Positions 50,931 to 63,146 are shown, counted from the first letter of the stretch. The stretch is 64,000 nt of DNA from Cyanobacteriota bacterium (GCA_046045965.1 JBJOKS010000014.1:62008-126007); one strand, 5' to 3'. Numbers and translations: made by a program. The notes: a model not told the origin generated them from the sequence alone.

Positions 50931-52481
50931 CTAAATATGACCATCATCAACAGGTGAAATCAGAGTAAAACCATTAACCTCACCTAAGATTTTACTCTGA
51001 TTTAAATTCATTTTTTCCCAAGTCTCACTATCCACCAACAAATTAAATTTCTTAGACCACATTTCTTGTAAAACCGAAACAGGAACAGCAATAACTTTAC
51101 AATCACTATAAAAATCTAAACTAGGACGACTATAACCAAAAGAAGTGTAAATTGTTGTTCCCGCTGGAAGATGTTGACGAATTAATGCAGCAACTGGTTT
51201 AACTGGAAACGCTTCATTTAACTCCCATATCCAAGAGTTTGAACTCATTAACAGCAATAAAACTAAATACATTCCAGTAAATAAAACAGGGATAAAATTA
51301 CGATTTCGTTTGATAACTAACCATGTAGCAATACCCATACTGATAGCTAAAACAATACTCATAATAATTAACGCAGGTTGTGGATCAGCAAGAAAAAAAT
51401 AAACACAACCTCCCAAACCAGCAACAGTTAAAAAAGTAAAAAATCCTCCCAAAAATTTAATATGAAACTTACTTTCCTGCCAAATTTCGCTCAAATTCAC
51501 ACCAATTGCTAAAGCTAAAAATGGATAGATAGGCATGACATACCAGGGCAGTTTTGTACTCATCAATGAGATAGTAGCAAAGTACATAAATGTGCCGATA
51601 ATAATTAAACAACCCCAAGCAGTTTGACGTTTTCTCCAAGCTAAATATAACCCTCCCGGCAAAAACAATAACCAAGGAAAACCATATTTCAAAATTTCTA
51701 TTAAATAATACCAAACAGGTCCACTATGACCTTCTACAGATTCTGTCACTCTGGCAAAAGTTTGTGATTGAAAATTTATTTGTAAAAAATTCTCACCATA
51801 ATGTTGCCATTGGGCAATATACCAAGCAACTGGTAAAGCATTACCTAATAATATTCCTATCCATAAATATAAACTTTTCCCTAAATAAAACTGTCTATTT
51901 GCTAGTATAAATAAACTAGCAATTCCCCCCAACAGCAAAACTATCATCCCCTTAGTAAGAGTAATTAATCCTAAACTCAAGCCAATTCCTAAAGCATAAA
52001 TTCGCTGGTTTCGGGATTTGAAAATACAAAATAACAACAACAAAAAAAATGTAATAACTGCACCATCTAACATTGCTAGTCGTCCATGACGCACCACCGG
52101 TAACATAGTCATGTAAACTAAAGCAGTAAATAATGCAGGTAAATGTTGATTAAAAACTAAATTACCTACTGAATAAAGTAAAGGTACACCTAACGAGGTT
52201 AATATTGCACTTGGTAAGCGCGTTGTCCATTCATTTACACCTCCCAAGGAATAAGCAACAGCAATTAACCAATGTATTAAAGGTGGTTTATTATGATATG
52301 GTTCCCCTCCTAAAGTTGGATAAAGCCACACCATTTTATCCACTGGGTTACGCCAAATTTCACGGGCGACTTGGGCAATAGTACCTTCATCCCAATCTCT
52401 TAAAGGTAAGTTTCCTAAACATATCAGCCCCAGGAATAAAGATGTAAATAATAATCCTAAAAACCAGTGTTTATTCCTCAT
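50931..52481 (-). CDS. ArnT/PMT-family (GT-C) glycosyltransferase
   Basis: LRDWDEG, YHNKPPL, TRLPSA, TKLPWYVMP. Confidence 0.9.
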   Translation of the reverse strand: MRNKHWFLGLLFTSLFLGLICLGNLPLRDWDEGTIAQVAREIWRNPVDKMVWLYPTLGGEPYHNKPPLIHWLIAVAYSLGGVNEWTTRLPSAILTSLGVPLLYSVGNLVFNQHLPALFTALVYMTMLPVVRHGRLAMLDGAVITFFLLLLFCIFKSRNQRIYALGIGLSLGLITLTKGMIVLLLGGIASLFILANRQFYLGKSLYLWIGILLGNALPVAWYIAQWQHYGENFLQINFQSQTFARVTESVEGHSGPVWYYLIEILKYGFPWLLFLPGGLYLAWRKRQTAWGCLIIIGTFMYFATISLMSTKLPWYVMPIYPFLALAIGVNLSEIWQESKFHIKFLGGFFTFLTVAGLGGCVYFFLADPQPALIIMSIVLAISMGIATWLVIKRNRNFIPVLFTGMYLVLLLLMSSNSWIWELNEAFPVKPVAALIRQHLPAGTTIYTSFGYSRPSLDFYSDCKVIAVPVSVLQEMWSKKFNLLVDSETWEKMNLNQSKILGEVNGFTLISPVDDGHI

Positions 52482-52486
52482 ATTTA

Positions 52487-54934
52487 TCAGTGAATTAATG
52501 GCAGAAATTTCATGATATTAGTCACGGTTTTTAATGTTTTTAGTTCTGGTATATCTGGTTTAATTTTTTCGGCTATAGCTAATGGTTTTTCAGCTTTTCT
52601 GGGTTGAAAGCTATACAAATGTATAAAGCTTAAGTAAGTCCATAAATAAGGATTTTGACTATCATATTTAGTTAATTCTATTAAATTTTGAATTAATTCT
52701 GATGCTTTACGCTGTAACAGTTGTGAGATAACTAGAGTATAACGCCAATTGAGGTTATTTGGTTCGGTTTTTAGGTAATAATTAGCTGCAAGTTCAATTT
52801 GTTTTAAATAATCTAACGTCGGATCGTATTGATTGAAATTATCTATCTGATCAAATATATTTTCTAATTTACCATTTTGTAATTCCGGTGCTAATTGGGA
52901 GATACGGGAAACTAAATCTAAAGGTGGAGATTTTTCTATGTTTCCTTCATCTGTCACCGTTACTGTCACATCTTGAATACTTAAAGGTTTAACTTGACCA
53001 CTACTTCTATCTAAATATAAAGCAGAAAGTTGATATTTACCTAAAGGTAGTGTTTTGGGAATAAATGTAGATAAATTCTCAATTACTCGAAAATTTCCTT
53101 GGGGATGACATTTCACACCACAATATAAATGTCCCAAACCAATAGCATGATCATGATACCATGCACCTTGCTGATTTTGCCATTTTAAGAGTAACAGACC
53201 ATTTTGCAATTCATCCCATTTACCAGTTATTTGATATGTAACAGGGTTATTGTTTTCTCTGATTAATTGATTAGAAATTTTAACTTTCTCGAGAGTAACT
53301 GCTGCATCAACAGAATTTAATTTTTCAACGACTACAAAGGGATTTTTACGATGATATAATCTGAGTGTATCATTATTTGGTAATTGCCAATCAGCTTGTA
53401 ATTTCAAATCAGGGGAAGATTCGACTAAAGATTTTAATTTGCGTTTAACTTCTCCTTTTTCTCCTGGTTGTTCTGGTTCATTCTCTCTGGTGATATACCA
53501 AGAAAAATACTGTAAATCTTGATTAACGTCCGCTAATTTTGTAGTTAACTTTCTCCCATGTACGCGAAAATCTGCTAATTGACCAAAGTAGTCTAAAGTA
53601 AACTCATTTATTTGCGATGTCGAAACTGGAATTATCCCTAAATTTGAGCGTAAATAAGGAGTTGTTTGGTTAATTTCATCTATCAATTGAGAAAGGGGAT
53701 ATTTTTTAGCTTCATCGTTAGGTAAATGCTTTCCTCCCCATGCTTGTATTACGGGTAAAGGAAACAAGTTATTAAGTAAAAATATGCCACTTAATCCTAA
53801 AGTTGCTAACCTCAATTTATTAAAACTTATATTTTCTATCAGATGGAAAAAATAAGCTAAAATTAAACTAATAATCGGAAATACAGGAAGTATAAATCTA
53901 ATATCTTTATTTGTACCCAGGGAACAAAGTATATAACTGCTGAATAGAGAAATTAATAACCAACCTAAACCAGAATTTCCCCAACTCTGTTTAATTGCAT
54001 CTTGAGAAAACTTATGTTTAGTTAGATAAACTAATAAAATTCCTAAACTCACACTTAATATTGGTAAACCTACAGTTTCTGGTAAAATTTGCGGATAAAA
54101 TAACCATCCAGCAATAGTTGTAGCAGCAGGATCACCTTCCCGTTTTCCTACACTGTTAGCATGTAAAGCAGAAGTGATAATTGTTAACCAATTTACACTA
54201 TACCAAGAACCACAAATTAACCAAGCTACAATTAAAGCTAAACCTGAGTGAATTAGTTTAATAAATTTGCGGTTTTTGACCAAGTTAATTAATGTCCATA
54301 TCCCAGGGATTAATATAAAAATAAATCCTGTGGGTTTGGTTAACATAATTAACCCTATTCCTAGTCCCAATAGGGTAGTTAATAACCATGATCTCAACCC
54401 AGTATAGCTATCTTTCCAAATAGTTAAAATGGTAAATGTGAAAATTACAACTGCTGTTAAACCATAATCTAATAAATAATCTGTTCTGACAATTCCCAAA
54501 ATCGGAAATAATAAACAGAATAAGCTGGCAGTTATACCAATTTTTCGATGATCAAATAAATATTTTCCTAAATGATATACTGACAAAATAATGATAGCTG
54601 TATATAATAAATTGACTAAACTGGATTGCTCATATCCCTTACCAAAGAGATACAAAAAAGGTACAGTGCAAATATATACAAAAGGAGCGCGATAACTAGG
54701 ACTTAACTGCCACAGAGATAACCACCATTCACCTGAGAAAAAATTAAAATTATCAAAAAAACTATCAAAGATGCGATAATGACTTAATGCTCCTGTTAAA
54801 TGTGCGCTTTGATCATGGGCTGGAATAGAATCATCTAAAAAGAACCAAGTTCTATCTATGACAAATGCTAACAACCAAATTATAAATAGGATGAAATAAT
54901 CTTTTTTTAATTTAGAATCAGTGAAATAATTCAT
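52487..54934 (-). CDS. Phospholipid-carrier-dependent (PMT_2) glycosyltransferase with TPR-like C-terminus
   Basis: PAHDQSAHL, YRAPFVY, YLLDYGL, MLTKPT, NKDIRFILP. Confidence 0.85.
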   Translation of the reverse strand: MNYFTDSKLKKDYFILFIIWLLAFVIDRTWFFLDDSIPAHDQSAHLTGALSHYRIFDSFFDNFNFFSGEWWLSLWQLSPSYRAPFVYICTVPFLYLFGKGYEQSSLVNLLYTAIIILSVYHLGKYLFDHRKIGITASLFCLLFPILGIVRTDYLLDYGLTAVVIFTFTILTIWKDSYTGLRSWLLTTLLGLGIGLIMLTKPTGFIFILIPGIWTLINLVKNRKFIKLIHSGLALIVAWLICGSWYSVNWLTIITSALHANSVGKREGDPAATTIAGWLFYPQILPETVGLPILSVSLGILLVYLTKHKFSQDAIKQSWGNSGLGWLLISLFSSYILCSLGTNKDIRFILPVFPIISLILAYFFHLIENISFNKLRLATLGLSGIFLLNNLFPLPVIQAWGGKHLPNDEAKKYPLSQLIDEINQTTPYLRSNLGIIPVSTSQINEFTLDYFGQLADFRVHGRKLTTKLADVNQDLQYFSWYITRENEPEQPGEKGEVKRKLKSLVESSPDLKLQADWQLPNNDTLRLYHRKNPFVVVEKLNSVDAAVTLEKVKISNQLIRENNNPVTYQITGKWDELQNGLLLLKWQNQQGAWYHDHAIGLGHLYCGVKCHPQGNFRVIENLSTFIPKTLPLGKYQLSALYLDRSSGQVKPLSIQDVTVTVTDEGNIEKSPPLDLVSRISQLAPELQNGKLENIFDQIDNFNQYDPTLDYLKQIELAANYYLKTEPNNLNWRYTLVISQLLQRKASELIQNLIELTKYDSQNPYLWTYLSFIHLYSFQPRKAEKPLAIAEKIKPDIPELKTLKTVTNIMKFLPLIH

Positions 54935-55064
54935 ATTTACAGAAACGTCAATTTTTAACGAGTTTAATTATCTATCTGTTGAAAACAATCTCTCTTCAAA
55001 AAAAAGTGTTGATTTTATGCCTTTGTGTGAATTAAAAAACCTAGATTAACAATCAATAATAACA

Positions 55065-55430
55065 GTGAATCAGCCCATCTACTTCCTAGTCATCCCCATT
55101 TACAACGAATAAAAAAATATCAGAGAAATGTATAGCCGTTTAACTAATGTCATGGAAAAGTTAGACGGTGAAACTGAACTGATTTTAATTGATCATGCAT
55201 GGTAGCCGCGATAGCTCTTTGAGTATGATCCGCGAATTACACCATCATAATAGTCGAATCCGTTACCTAAGTCTAGCCAGAAAATTTGGTGATCAAGTCG
55301 CAGTCACCGCAGGTTTAAAATTTGTCCCAGGTAACAGCATCATTGTCATCGATGCTGACTTACAAGACCCACCAGAATTAATTTTAACAATGATTGACAA
55401 ATGGCATGAAGGATATCAGGTAGTTTATAC
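55065..55430 (+). pseudogene. Pseudogene of a GT2 polyprenol-phosphate-sugar synthase (ArnC/GtrB/DPM1-like)
   Basis: VIPIYNE then TAA (55110-55112); frameshift at the duplication-like GATCATGCATGG near 55191; then GSRDSS...FGDQVAVTAGL...IDADLQDPPEL...GYQVVY and abrupt truncation. Confidence 0.85.
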
Positions 55431-55937
55431 AGAAGTATCCATCTTAACAAATAACTCATCCTCAATTATGGGAAACTGTCATCAGTTGTTTTTTGTCTAT
55501 TTCATAGACTTCTAAAAACAACAAAATGCAGTTAAAAATCTCATTTTTTATTTAAAAACTAGGCAGTAACTTAAGCAATAAAATATACATTTCCAGTAAT
55601 GTTACTGATAGTTCGTGCCGTTATTTTGGAGTAGATACTCTATTCCTAAAGACTGGTTATGTGAAATAATCATTGATTCATTATCCGAAGATGTTGACAA
55701 AAATAAAAATACAAAAGTCACAAATTCCTTACTTAAAGGGGTAACTGCATGGTAAATGCTAGGGTTGGAGGCAAATAAGTATAATTTATCTTCTTAAATT
55801 TCGGAATTTCTGTAATGTTGTATCACACTTTTGATGATTAACAGTCAATAACTGAATATCTAAATAGTTGGACAAAATGTGTTATAACCTACCGTCAGAA
55901 ACCTGAGCGACGGTTCAACCCTTGAAGGAGCTATGTA

Positions 55938-56846
55938 GTGGAAAACAAAAAGTCATTTTTTTGGCCGCAGGGAATATTAATTGTATTGTTGTGCTTAACT
56001 GGTACGGTGGGTATAGGTTTGATGATGTTTCTCAAGCCAATTGCTTCTGAAGCTCAAAATAGCCAGAATATCATTACCAATGATATTACAGCTAACGTAG
56101 AAACTCAGGAGCGGATTGAAAAATTCAAGTCAGCAATGCTCACTACTTGGCAGCATGAAGCACAAGCAAAAGGTATTATTACTGACGTACCATCAAGCTT
56201 TCAAGGGGTAACAATTAAAGCCGCAACACTCTCTTCAGATCAGAAAGTGATTGCACTTACCTTTGATGATGGTCCTTGGCCCACAAGTACAGCCAAAGTG
56301 CTGGATATTCTCAAAAAAAATAATATTAAAGGCACATTTTTTGTTGTTGGACAAAATGTCAAACGTTACCCAGACTTAACTAGGCGTATAGTTGCTGAAG
56401 GCCATTCTATTGCTAATCATACTTGGCATCATTGGTATCATCAAATGAACCCCCAAGTTGCAGCCTATGAAGTTGCCAATACTTCAGATATTATTTTTAA
56501 GACTACAGGCATAAAAACAGGTTTATTTCGCCCACCAGGGGGGATTATGTCTAATGGAGTAGTATCTTATGCCAGAAGTAATAAATATGCCATTATTATG
56601 TGGTCTTCTGACTCCATAGACTATTCTCGTCCTGCTGTACCAAAATTAATTAACAATATATTTAGGTCAGCAAAACCAGGTGGTATTGTGTTAATGCACG
56701 ACGGCGGAGGCGATCGCACCCACACCGTCAAAGCCCTACCAGAAATTATCAGCAGGTTTCGCAAGCAAGGTTATCAGTTTGTCACAATTCCCGAAATGCT
56801 GGAAATGCAAGACAAACACCAACAGCTAGTTGCTAAGAGGAAGTAG
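55938..56846 (+). CDS. Polysaccharide deacetylase (NodB/CE4)
   Basis: ALTFDDGP, NHTWHH, FRPPGG, IVLMHDGGG. Confidence 0.93.
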   Translation: MENKKSFFWPQGILIVLLCLTGTVGIGLMMFLKPIASEAQNSQNIITNDITANVETQERIEKFKSAMLTTWQHEAQAKGIITDVPSSFQGVTIKAATLSSDQKVIALTFDDGPWPTSTAKVLDILKKNNIKGTFFVVGQNVKRYPDLTRRIVAEGHSIANHTWHHWYHQMNPQVAAYEVANTSDIIFKTTGIKTGLFRPPGGIMSNGVVSYARSNKYAIIMWSSDSIDYSRPAVPKLINNIFRSAKPGGIVLMHDGGGDRTHTVKALPEIISRFRKQGYQFVTIPEMLEMQDKHQQLVAKRK

Positions 56847-56934
56847 TGAATGGTGAATGGTGATTGGGGAAAAGGTGATTGGGAATTATAAAATTGATTA
56901 CCCAGTCCCCAGTCCTCAGTCCCCAGTCACCTAA

Positions 56935-59900
56935 CTACACTGAACTTAACTGTTTACCTGCTTTCTCAGTTTCCGCATTAGCTTCTGGACTGTCAGCTTC
57001 TGAAGGTGGAACAACTTGCCAGAATTTAAGTAGATATTCTGACCAGTTCTGTAAAATTAACTGCGCTTTTGGTGAACCAGTGCGATCGCTATGAGCTTTA
57101 ATCAAATCATACAATTGCTTCGCACCAGCTTCCGTTGCTACTCGCTGAATTTTCACAATGGTTGTATTTACCAACTCAGGGAAAGAACCATCTTCATCCA
57201 AGAAGTAACCTAACCCCCCAGTCATCCCAGCACCGACGTTGCGTCCGACTTTACCCAGGACTACAACTACACCACCAGTCATATACTCGCAGCAGTGATC
57301 CCCAGCCCCTTCAATAACTGCCGTACCTTTAGAGTTACGCACAGCAAAGCGTTCTCCCGCTAAACCATTGGCAAATAACACCCCACCAGTCGCACCATAC
57401 AAACAGGTATTACCAACAATTACGTTTTCGGCTGAGTTATATTTCGCATCTGCGGGGGGTTTAATAATAATCTCCCCACCGTGCATACCTTTCCCTACAT
57501 AGTCGTTAGCTTCCCCTTCCAGGGTTAAGGTTAAACCAGGTAAGATAAACGCCCCAAAGCTTTGACCTACGCTACCTTGGAAGTTCAAGTTAATTTGTCC
57601 TTCAAAACCACTATCACCGTATTGAGAAGCAATAGCACCCGCTAACCTTGATCCTACTGTTCTATCAGTATTTACAACTTTGTAAGACTTGGTGACAGTA
57701 GATTGATTTTTGATGGTTGCTTGAATTTCTGCATCCGCTAAAAACTGATCATCTAACACAGGTCCATTGCTGTGAACTTCTTCATGGTTTAACCAGCTAC
57801 GGTTAGATTTAGCATCTGGCAACTTAGTTAAACAATCTAAATTCACAGATTGCGTTTTTGTTAGCTTGACATCAGAACGCACAGTTAACAGATCCGCCCT
57901 ACCGATCAACTCGGTTAAAGAACGATATCCCAGTTTCGCTAACAGACTCCGCACTTCTTCAGCAATGAAATAGAAGAAGTTAACAACATGATCAGGAATA
58001 CCTGTAAAGCGTAGACGCAGTTCTTCTTTCTGAGTCGCTACACCTTTGGGACAGGTGTTTAAATGACACACCCGCGCCATAATACAACCTTCGGCGATCA
58101 TGGCGATCGAACCAAAACCGAACTCCTCAGCGCCCATTAAAGCAGCGATTATGACATCCCAACCACTCTTTAAACCGCCATCAACTCTAAGAATCACGCG
58201 ATCACGCAATCCATTATCCATCAACACCCGATGCACTTCTGATAATCCAAATTCCCACGGACTACCAGCGTGTTTAATAGAACTCAAAGGAGATGCACCA
58301 GTACCGCCATCATGGCCAGAAATCTGGATAATATCAGCGTTAGCTTTTGCTACACCAGCAGCAATCGTACCAATACCGATTTCTGACACCAACTTCACAG
58401 AAACCTGGGCTTTGGGGTTAATTTGATGCAGGTCAAAAATTAACTGCGCTAAATCTTCAATTGAGTAAATATCATGATGGGGAGGGGGAGAAATCAAAGT
58501 TACACCGGGTTTAGAACGGCGCAACATAGCGATATAAGGACTAACCTTTGGACCTGGTAACTGTCCACCTTCACCGGGTTTTGCACCTTGGGCGATTTTG
58601 ATTTCGATTTGTTTAGCACTGGCTAAATATCCCGGTGTGACACCAAAACGACCAGAAGCGACTTGTTTGATGGCACTGGAAGCGGTATCACCATTTCTCA
58701 AACCGTTGAGGTGGGGCAGAGTGGGTGAATGTCCATTTTCGTCAACATCATTTAATATATTGTAACGAACTGGATCTTCGCCACCTTCACCAGAGTTAGA
58801 TTTACCACCGATGCGGTTCATGGCGATCGCTAAAGTTTCATGTGCTTCCCGTGATAAAGCGCCTAAAGACATACCACCAGTACAGAAGCGTTGAGCAATC
58901 TCACTGACTGATTCTACCTCTTCAATAGGGATAGAAGGGCGTTGGCGAAGCCCGCCGTAGGCATCGCTGGTAAAATCTAATAAATCTCTTAAAGCCGTGG
59001 CTGGTCTACCTTGCAGATGCTGTTTATAAACTTCATAATGGTCATAATTCTTACCATCTACAGCTTTATGCAGCGCCTTCACCAGTTCCGGGCTATTGCT
59101 GTGATATTCACCACCGGGGCGATACTGAACAAAGCCCAAATTTTCCAACTTCTTAGCAGACAACTCTGGGAAAGCCTTACTGTGGAAAGAAAGCACTTCT
59201 TGAGCCAGTTCAGCACAACTTAAACCACCGATGCGGGAAGTAGTACCCCGGAAAGCCAAATTTAACAAATCGCCACCAATACCGATCGCCTCAAAGATTT
59301 GCGCCGCTTGATAGCTAGAAAGCAGCGAAATTCCCATTTTTGAGAGAATTTTCAACAAACCTGATTCTACAGCTTGACGATAATTAGCGATCGCCTGATC
59401 CAGACTAATATCATTCAGTTTACCCCGTTCCCTAAACTGTTGAGTCTTAGGATCAGCCCACCAGTCACGCACCGTATCCAAAGCCATGTAAGGGCAAACC
59501 GCACCCGCACCATAGCCCAACAAACACGCAAAATGGTGTGTACTCCAACATTGAGCAGTATGCACAACTAACGAAGTCTTCATCCGCACACCTTCGCGGA
59601 TCAGGTAATGGTGAACTGCACCCACAGCCAACAAAGGCGGAATATAGGTAAAATCAGCACTGATACCCGCTTCTTTGCACCCCTTTTCAAGAGAAGTTGT
59701 GGCAATATTGCCCCCCTTTTCAAGGGGGGTTGGGGGGATCTTATCACTCAAAATCAGAATCTTCGCACCAGCCCGCACTGACTCAGCAGCTTGTTTTTGT
59801 AAAGCTTCCACAGCTGCTTTCAAACCATCAGGACCGGCAGCAATAGAAAACAGAGTTGATAACTCAGCAGTTGCAAAACCAGATAATTTGATTGCTTCTA

Positions 59901-61707
59901 ACTCAGCATCAGTCAAAACCGGCGAATCTAGCTTTAATCTTCTCGCGTGTTCTGGTTGCGGATCTAATAAATTACCTCTTTCTCCCAGTTCCACCGTCAA
60001 AGACATTACCAATTTTTCCCGTAACGGATCAATGGGTGGGTTTGTCACCTGAGCAAAACGTTGTTTGAAATAGTTGTAAAGTAAATGGGGTTTTTCTGAC
60101 AACACCGCCAAAGGAATATCATCACCCATAGAGAAAGTCGGTTCAGCACCAGCGTTAGCCATCGACTGAATGATCATTTCTACATCTTCACTGGTGTAAC
60201 CAAAAGCAATCTGTTGTTGCAGTAAAGTTTGTTTATCTACTGTGTTAGTGGTTAGTAGTCCGTTGTCAGTGGAATGATGACCATTACCATTACCATTACC
60301 ATTACCATTAGATGATGGGTTTACTAACTGTTTCAGTTCTTGGCGATATTTTTGCAACCAATCGCCGTAAGGATGTAACTTAGCAATACGCTGTTTAATT
60401 TCCCAGTTCTTCAAAATTTCATTGCTGCTTAAATCTACAGCAATCATTTGTCCCGGTCCTAATCTGCCTTTTTCCAGAATATTCGCTTCTGGGAAATCAA
60501 CTACACCCGCTTCAGAACCAACTACAATATAGTCATCATTAGTAATGACATAACGCGCCGGTCTTAAACCATTCCGGTCTAAAGTCGCACCAACTCTTTT
60601 ACCATCACTAAATACCAACAGCGCCGGACCATCCCAAGCTTCCTGTAAACCGCTGTAATATTCGTAGAAATCAACAATTTCAGGATAATCTTTTAAAGAA
60701 GGTTGATTTTTGTAAGCCTCTGGAACCATCATCATTAGAGCTTCCAAAGGACTCCGGCCTGAACGCACCAACAACTCTAGCACGTTATCAAGAGTCGCAG
60801 AATCACTGCTTTCTGTATTTACCAGTGGTTTAAATTCTTCAGCGCGTCCTTTCCAAATCGGATGATCTAAAGTTGCTTCTCGCGCCATCATCCAATTAAT
60901 ATTACCCAACAGAGTATTAATTTCTCCATTGTGACCTAGTAACCGCATGGGTTGAGCTAAAGGCCACTTGGGCATGGTGTTGGTACTAAAGCGACGATGG
61001 TAAACAGCAAAGGCACATTTGAAAGCGGGATTTTTTAAATCTTGGTAAAATTCTCCCAATACCGCTGAACGCACCATACCCTTATAAACAATTGTGCGGC
61101 TGGATAGGGAGCAGACATAAAACTCTTCGGAAATATTTTTCGCAGCTTTGACAATGCGACGACGGGTAAGATACAGTTCCCGTTCTAATTCATCACCGCT
61201 TTTATCAGCCGAACTCAGAAAAATTTGTTCTATGTGGGGTTGGTTTTCTCTTGCTTGTACCCCTAAAACCTCTGGACGCACAGGAACTTTACGCCAACCC
61301 AAAACAGTTAAATTTTCTTCTTTTGCGACTTGTTCAAAGATTTCTTTAGCTTTTTTGGCGGATTCCCCATCTTGGGGTAAGAATATCATTCCTACAGCCA
61401 TGTTACCAGTGTTAGCAACATTAAATCCTTCTTGTTGCAACAATTCCCAAGGAATTGCCGTCAAAATCCCTGCACCATCCCCAGAGTCTTGATCCGCGCT
61501 GCAACCACCCCGATGTTCTAAACAAGTCAGAGCAGTTAAAGCCTTGTCCAAAATTTCATGGTTAGCACGATTTTGGCGATGGGCTATAAACCCTACACCA
61601 CAAGCATCCCGTTCTTCTACTAACCATCTTTGTCCTGGATAAGTTTCCGTAATTTCTACATTTGACATTGTGATGTTTTGACCCTGATTTAATGATTGAT
61701 GATTCAT
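56935..61707 (-). CDS. glsF: Ferredoxin-dependent glutamate synthase (Fd-GOGAT)
   Basis: DACGVGF Ntn cysteine, [29 protein letters not shown] 3Fe-4S motif, GXGXG domain; no small subunit adjacent. Confidence 0.93.
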   Translation of the reverse strand: MNHQSLNQGQNITMSNVEITETYPGQRWLVEERDACGVGFIAHRQNRANHEILDKALTALTCLEHRGGCSADQDSGDGAGILTAIPWELLQQEGFNVANTGNMAVGMIFLPQDGESAKKAKEIFEQVAKEENLTVLGWRKVPVRPEVLGVQARENQPHIEQIFLSSADKSGDELERELYLTRRRIVKAAKNISEEFYVCSLSSRTIVYKGMVRSAVLGEFYQDLKNPAFKCAFAVYHRRFSTNTMPKWPLAQPMRLLGHNGEINTLLGNINWMMAREATLDHPIWKGRAEEFKPLVNTESSDSATLDNVLELLVRSGRSPLEALMMMVPEAYKNQPSLKDYPEIVDFYEYYSGLQEAWDGPALLVFSDGKRVGATLDRNGLRPARYVITNDDYIVVGSEAGVVDFPEANILEKGRLGPGQMIAVDLSSNEILKNWEIKQRIAKLHPYGDWLQKYRQELKQLVNPSSNGNGNGNGNGHHSTDNGLLTTNTVDKQTLLQQQIAFGYTSEDVEMIIQSMANAGAEPTFSMGDDIPLAVLSEKPHLLYNYFKQRFAQVTNPPIDPLREKLVMSLTVELGERGNLLDPQPEHARRLKLDSPVLTDAELEAIKLSGFATAELSTLFSIAAGPDGLKAAVEALQKQAAESVRAGAKILILSDKIPPTPLEKGGNIATTSLEKGCKEAGISADFTYIPPLLAVGAVHHYLIREGVRMKTSLVVHTAQCWSTHHFACLLGYGAGAVCPYMALDTVRDWWADPKTQQFRERGKLNDISLDQAIANYRQAVESGLLKILSKMGISLLSSYQAAQIFEAIGIGGDLLNLAFRGTTSRIGGLSCAELAQEVLSFHSKAFPELSAKKLENLGFVQYRPGGEYHSNSPELVKALHKAVDGKNYDHYEVYKQHLQGRPATALRDLLDFTSDAYGGLRQRPSIPIEEVESVSEIAQRFCTGGMSLGALSREAHETLAIAMNRIGGKSNSGEGGEDPVRYNILNDVDENGHSPTLPHLNGLRNGDTASSAIKQVASGRFGVTPGYLASAKQIEIKIAQGAKPGEGGQLPGPKVSPYIAMLRRSKPGVTLISPPPHHDIYSIEDLAQLIFDLHQINPKAQVSVKLVSEIGIGTIAAGVAKANADIIQISGHDGGTGASPLSSIKHAGSPWEFGLSEVHRVLMDNGLRDRVILRVDGGLKSGWDVIIAALMGAEEFGFGSIAMIAEGCIMARVCHLNTCPKGVATQKEELRLRFTGIPDHVVNFFYFIAEEVRSLLAKLGYRSLTELIGRADLLTVRSDVKLTKTQSVNLDCLTKLPDAKSNRSWLNHEEVHSNGPVLDDQFLADAEIQATIKNQSTVTKSYKVVNTDRTVGSRLAGAIASQYGDSGFEGQINLNFQGSVGQSFGAFILPGLTLTLEGEANDYVGKGMHGGEIIIKPPADAKYNSAENVIVGNTCLYGATGGVLFANGLAGERFAVRNSKGTAVIEGAGDHCCEYMTGGVVVVLGKVGRNVGAGMTGGLGYFLDEDGSFPELVNTTIVKIQRVATEAGAKQLYDLIKAHSDRTGSPKAQLILQNWSEYLLKFWQVVPPSEADSPEANAETEKAGKQLSSV
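58942..58962. repeat. 21-nt short dispersed repeat inserted into a HIP1 site inside glsF
   Basis: GCG[TTGGCGAAGCCCGCCGTAGGC]ATCGC; removing it restores GCGATCGC; adds AYGGLRQ. Confidence 0.8.
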
Positions 61708-61939
61708 ATTCTATTCCTGAAGTTATCCTGAAAATTATTGAGTTACGAATTCTGCACTGTTGCTACTGCTAAGTAAAAAATTTCAATTTAGCGATCGCGA
61801 AATACATAATCACGAAAATTTAGGGAAAAATTAGGGAAAAAAAATTTTAACTTCGGGTTTACATTTCTGCTCACCCGTGTTAAAATCACCGCGTTATTTT
61901 TTTAAGTGTTGATGCACTGCACTCTTAGAAAAATTACCT

Positions 61940-62130
61940 TGATCTGAACAATCTGCTTTCCGCTATATAAAACCTACTCAAATCTACTTTGAGCTTTGTT
62001 TACTTCCTGCTTCATCTTGGAAGTGTCGGCACTACCCAATCCACAGGCTAACACTGCCTAACTGACAGCTTTTGAGAGATTTATAGCTGCATTTAAATCC
62101 CTGTCACATTCAAATCCACAGCCATCACAC
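61940..62130 (-). ncRNA. Putative TnpB omega/reRNA from the tnpB 3' end through the element right end plus flanking guide (boundaries approximate)
   Basis: Inferred from the IS607-like right end ...GTAGATTTGAGTAGGTTTTATATAGCGG ending at 61960. Confidence 0.5.
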
Positions 62131-63146
62131 TTAAACACTCTTTCACTTAATGAGAGAGTTTCTTTTTTTACTCCACAATGAGAGCAGGTTCTAGAACTAG
62201 GAAACCATCTATCAACAATTACTAATTTTGCTCCGTAAAGTTGACATTTGTACTCTAATTGTCTCCTAAGTTCATAAAAACCCATATCGGAAATTGCCTT
62301 TGCTAGTTTATGATTAGCTAACATCCCAGAGACGTTCAAATCTTCTATCACTATCACACCGTGGTTTTTGGCTAACAGTGTAGTTAATTTATGTAATGTA
62401 TCTTTCCTAATATTGGCTATCTTTCTATGTAACCTAGCTATCTGGATTTGGGCTTTTTTCCAATTGTTTGAGCCAATTACTTTATGTCTGTTTAACCATT
62501 GTAATCTCCCTAATTTAGATTGATATGTTTTATAAGATTTTGCCCCGGTAACTACTTCACCTGTTGATAATGTCGCTAGGTTTTTTACTCCTAAGTCTAC
62601 ACCAACAGTATTAGTTAAATCAGATAGTTTTGGTTCTACTTCTATCCGAAAACTAATCAACCATCTATCGGCTTGGCGACTGATGGTAACAGACTTTGGT
62701 TGAACTTGAGGCAATCTTTCATAAGTCTTTAATATACCTAGTTTGGGAACTTGAATTTTGTTATTACTTAAAATTTTTACTGTTCCTTCTAGGGTACAAC
62801 TGTCATGTTTTCCTTTCTTTTTAAATCTGGGAACTCCTGAGATTTTTTGAAAACATCTATCCCAAGATTTTCTTAAATTTCTGAGTGATTCCTGTGGTGC
62901 TGACTTAGAGCATTCATAATACCATTGGTTTTCAGGTTTGACTAATGCTACTAACCACTTATGTAAATCTATAGCTGTGGGGAATTTGATTTTTTCGTCT
63001 GGTTGTTGTTTTTGGTTATGCTCTAAGATTTGTTTAGTTAATGCTAATCCCCAGTTCCAAGCATGACGAGCTACTCCACAGTGTTTAACTATGTTGACTC
63101 GTTGAGTTTGATTTAACTTTAACTCGGTTTTAAAGCCTAGTAGCAA
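62058..63146 (-). CDS. tnpB: RNA-guided endonuclease TnpB
   Basis: RuvC D (GVDLGVK), E (IVIEDL), D (DRDLNAA); Zn finger CSHC/CDGC; GGAGGT RBS before TTG. Confidence 0.95.
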   Translation of the reverse strand: MLLGFKTELKLNQTQRVNIVKHCGVARHAWNWGLALTKQILEHNQKQQPDEKIKFPTAIDLHKWLVALVKPENQWYYECSKSAPQESLRNLRKSWDRCFQKISGVPRFKKKGKHDSCTLEGTVKILSNNKIQVPKLGILKTYERLPQVQPKSVTISRQADRWLISFRIEVEPKLSDLTNTVGVDLGVKNLATLSTGEVVTGAKSYKTYQSKLGRLQWLNRHKVIGSNNWKKAQIQIARLHRKIANIRKDTLHKLTTLLAKNHGVIVIEDLNVSGMLANHKLAKAISDMGFYELRRQLEYKCQLYGAKLVIVDRWFPSSRTCSHCGVKKETLSLSERVFKCDGCGFECDRDLNAAINLSKAVS

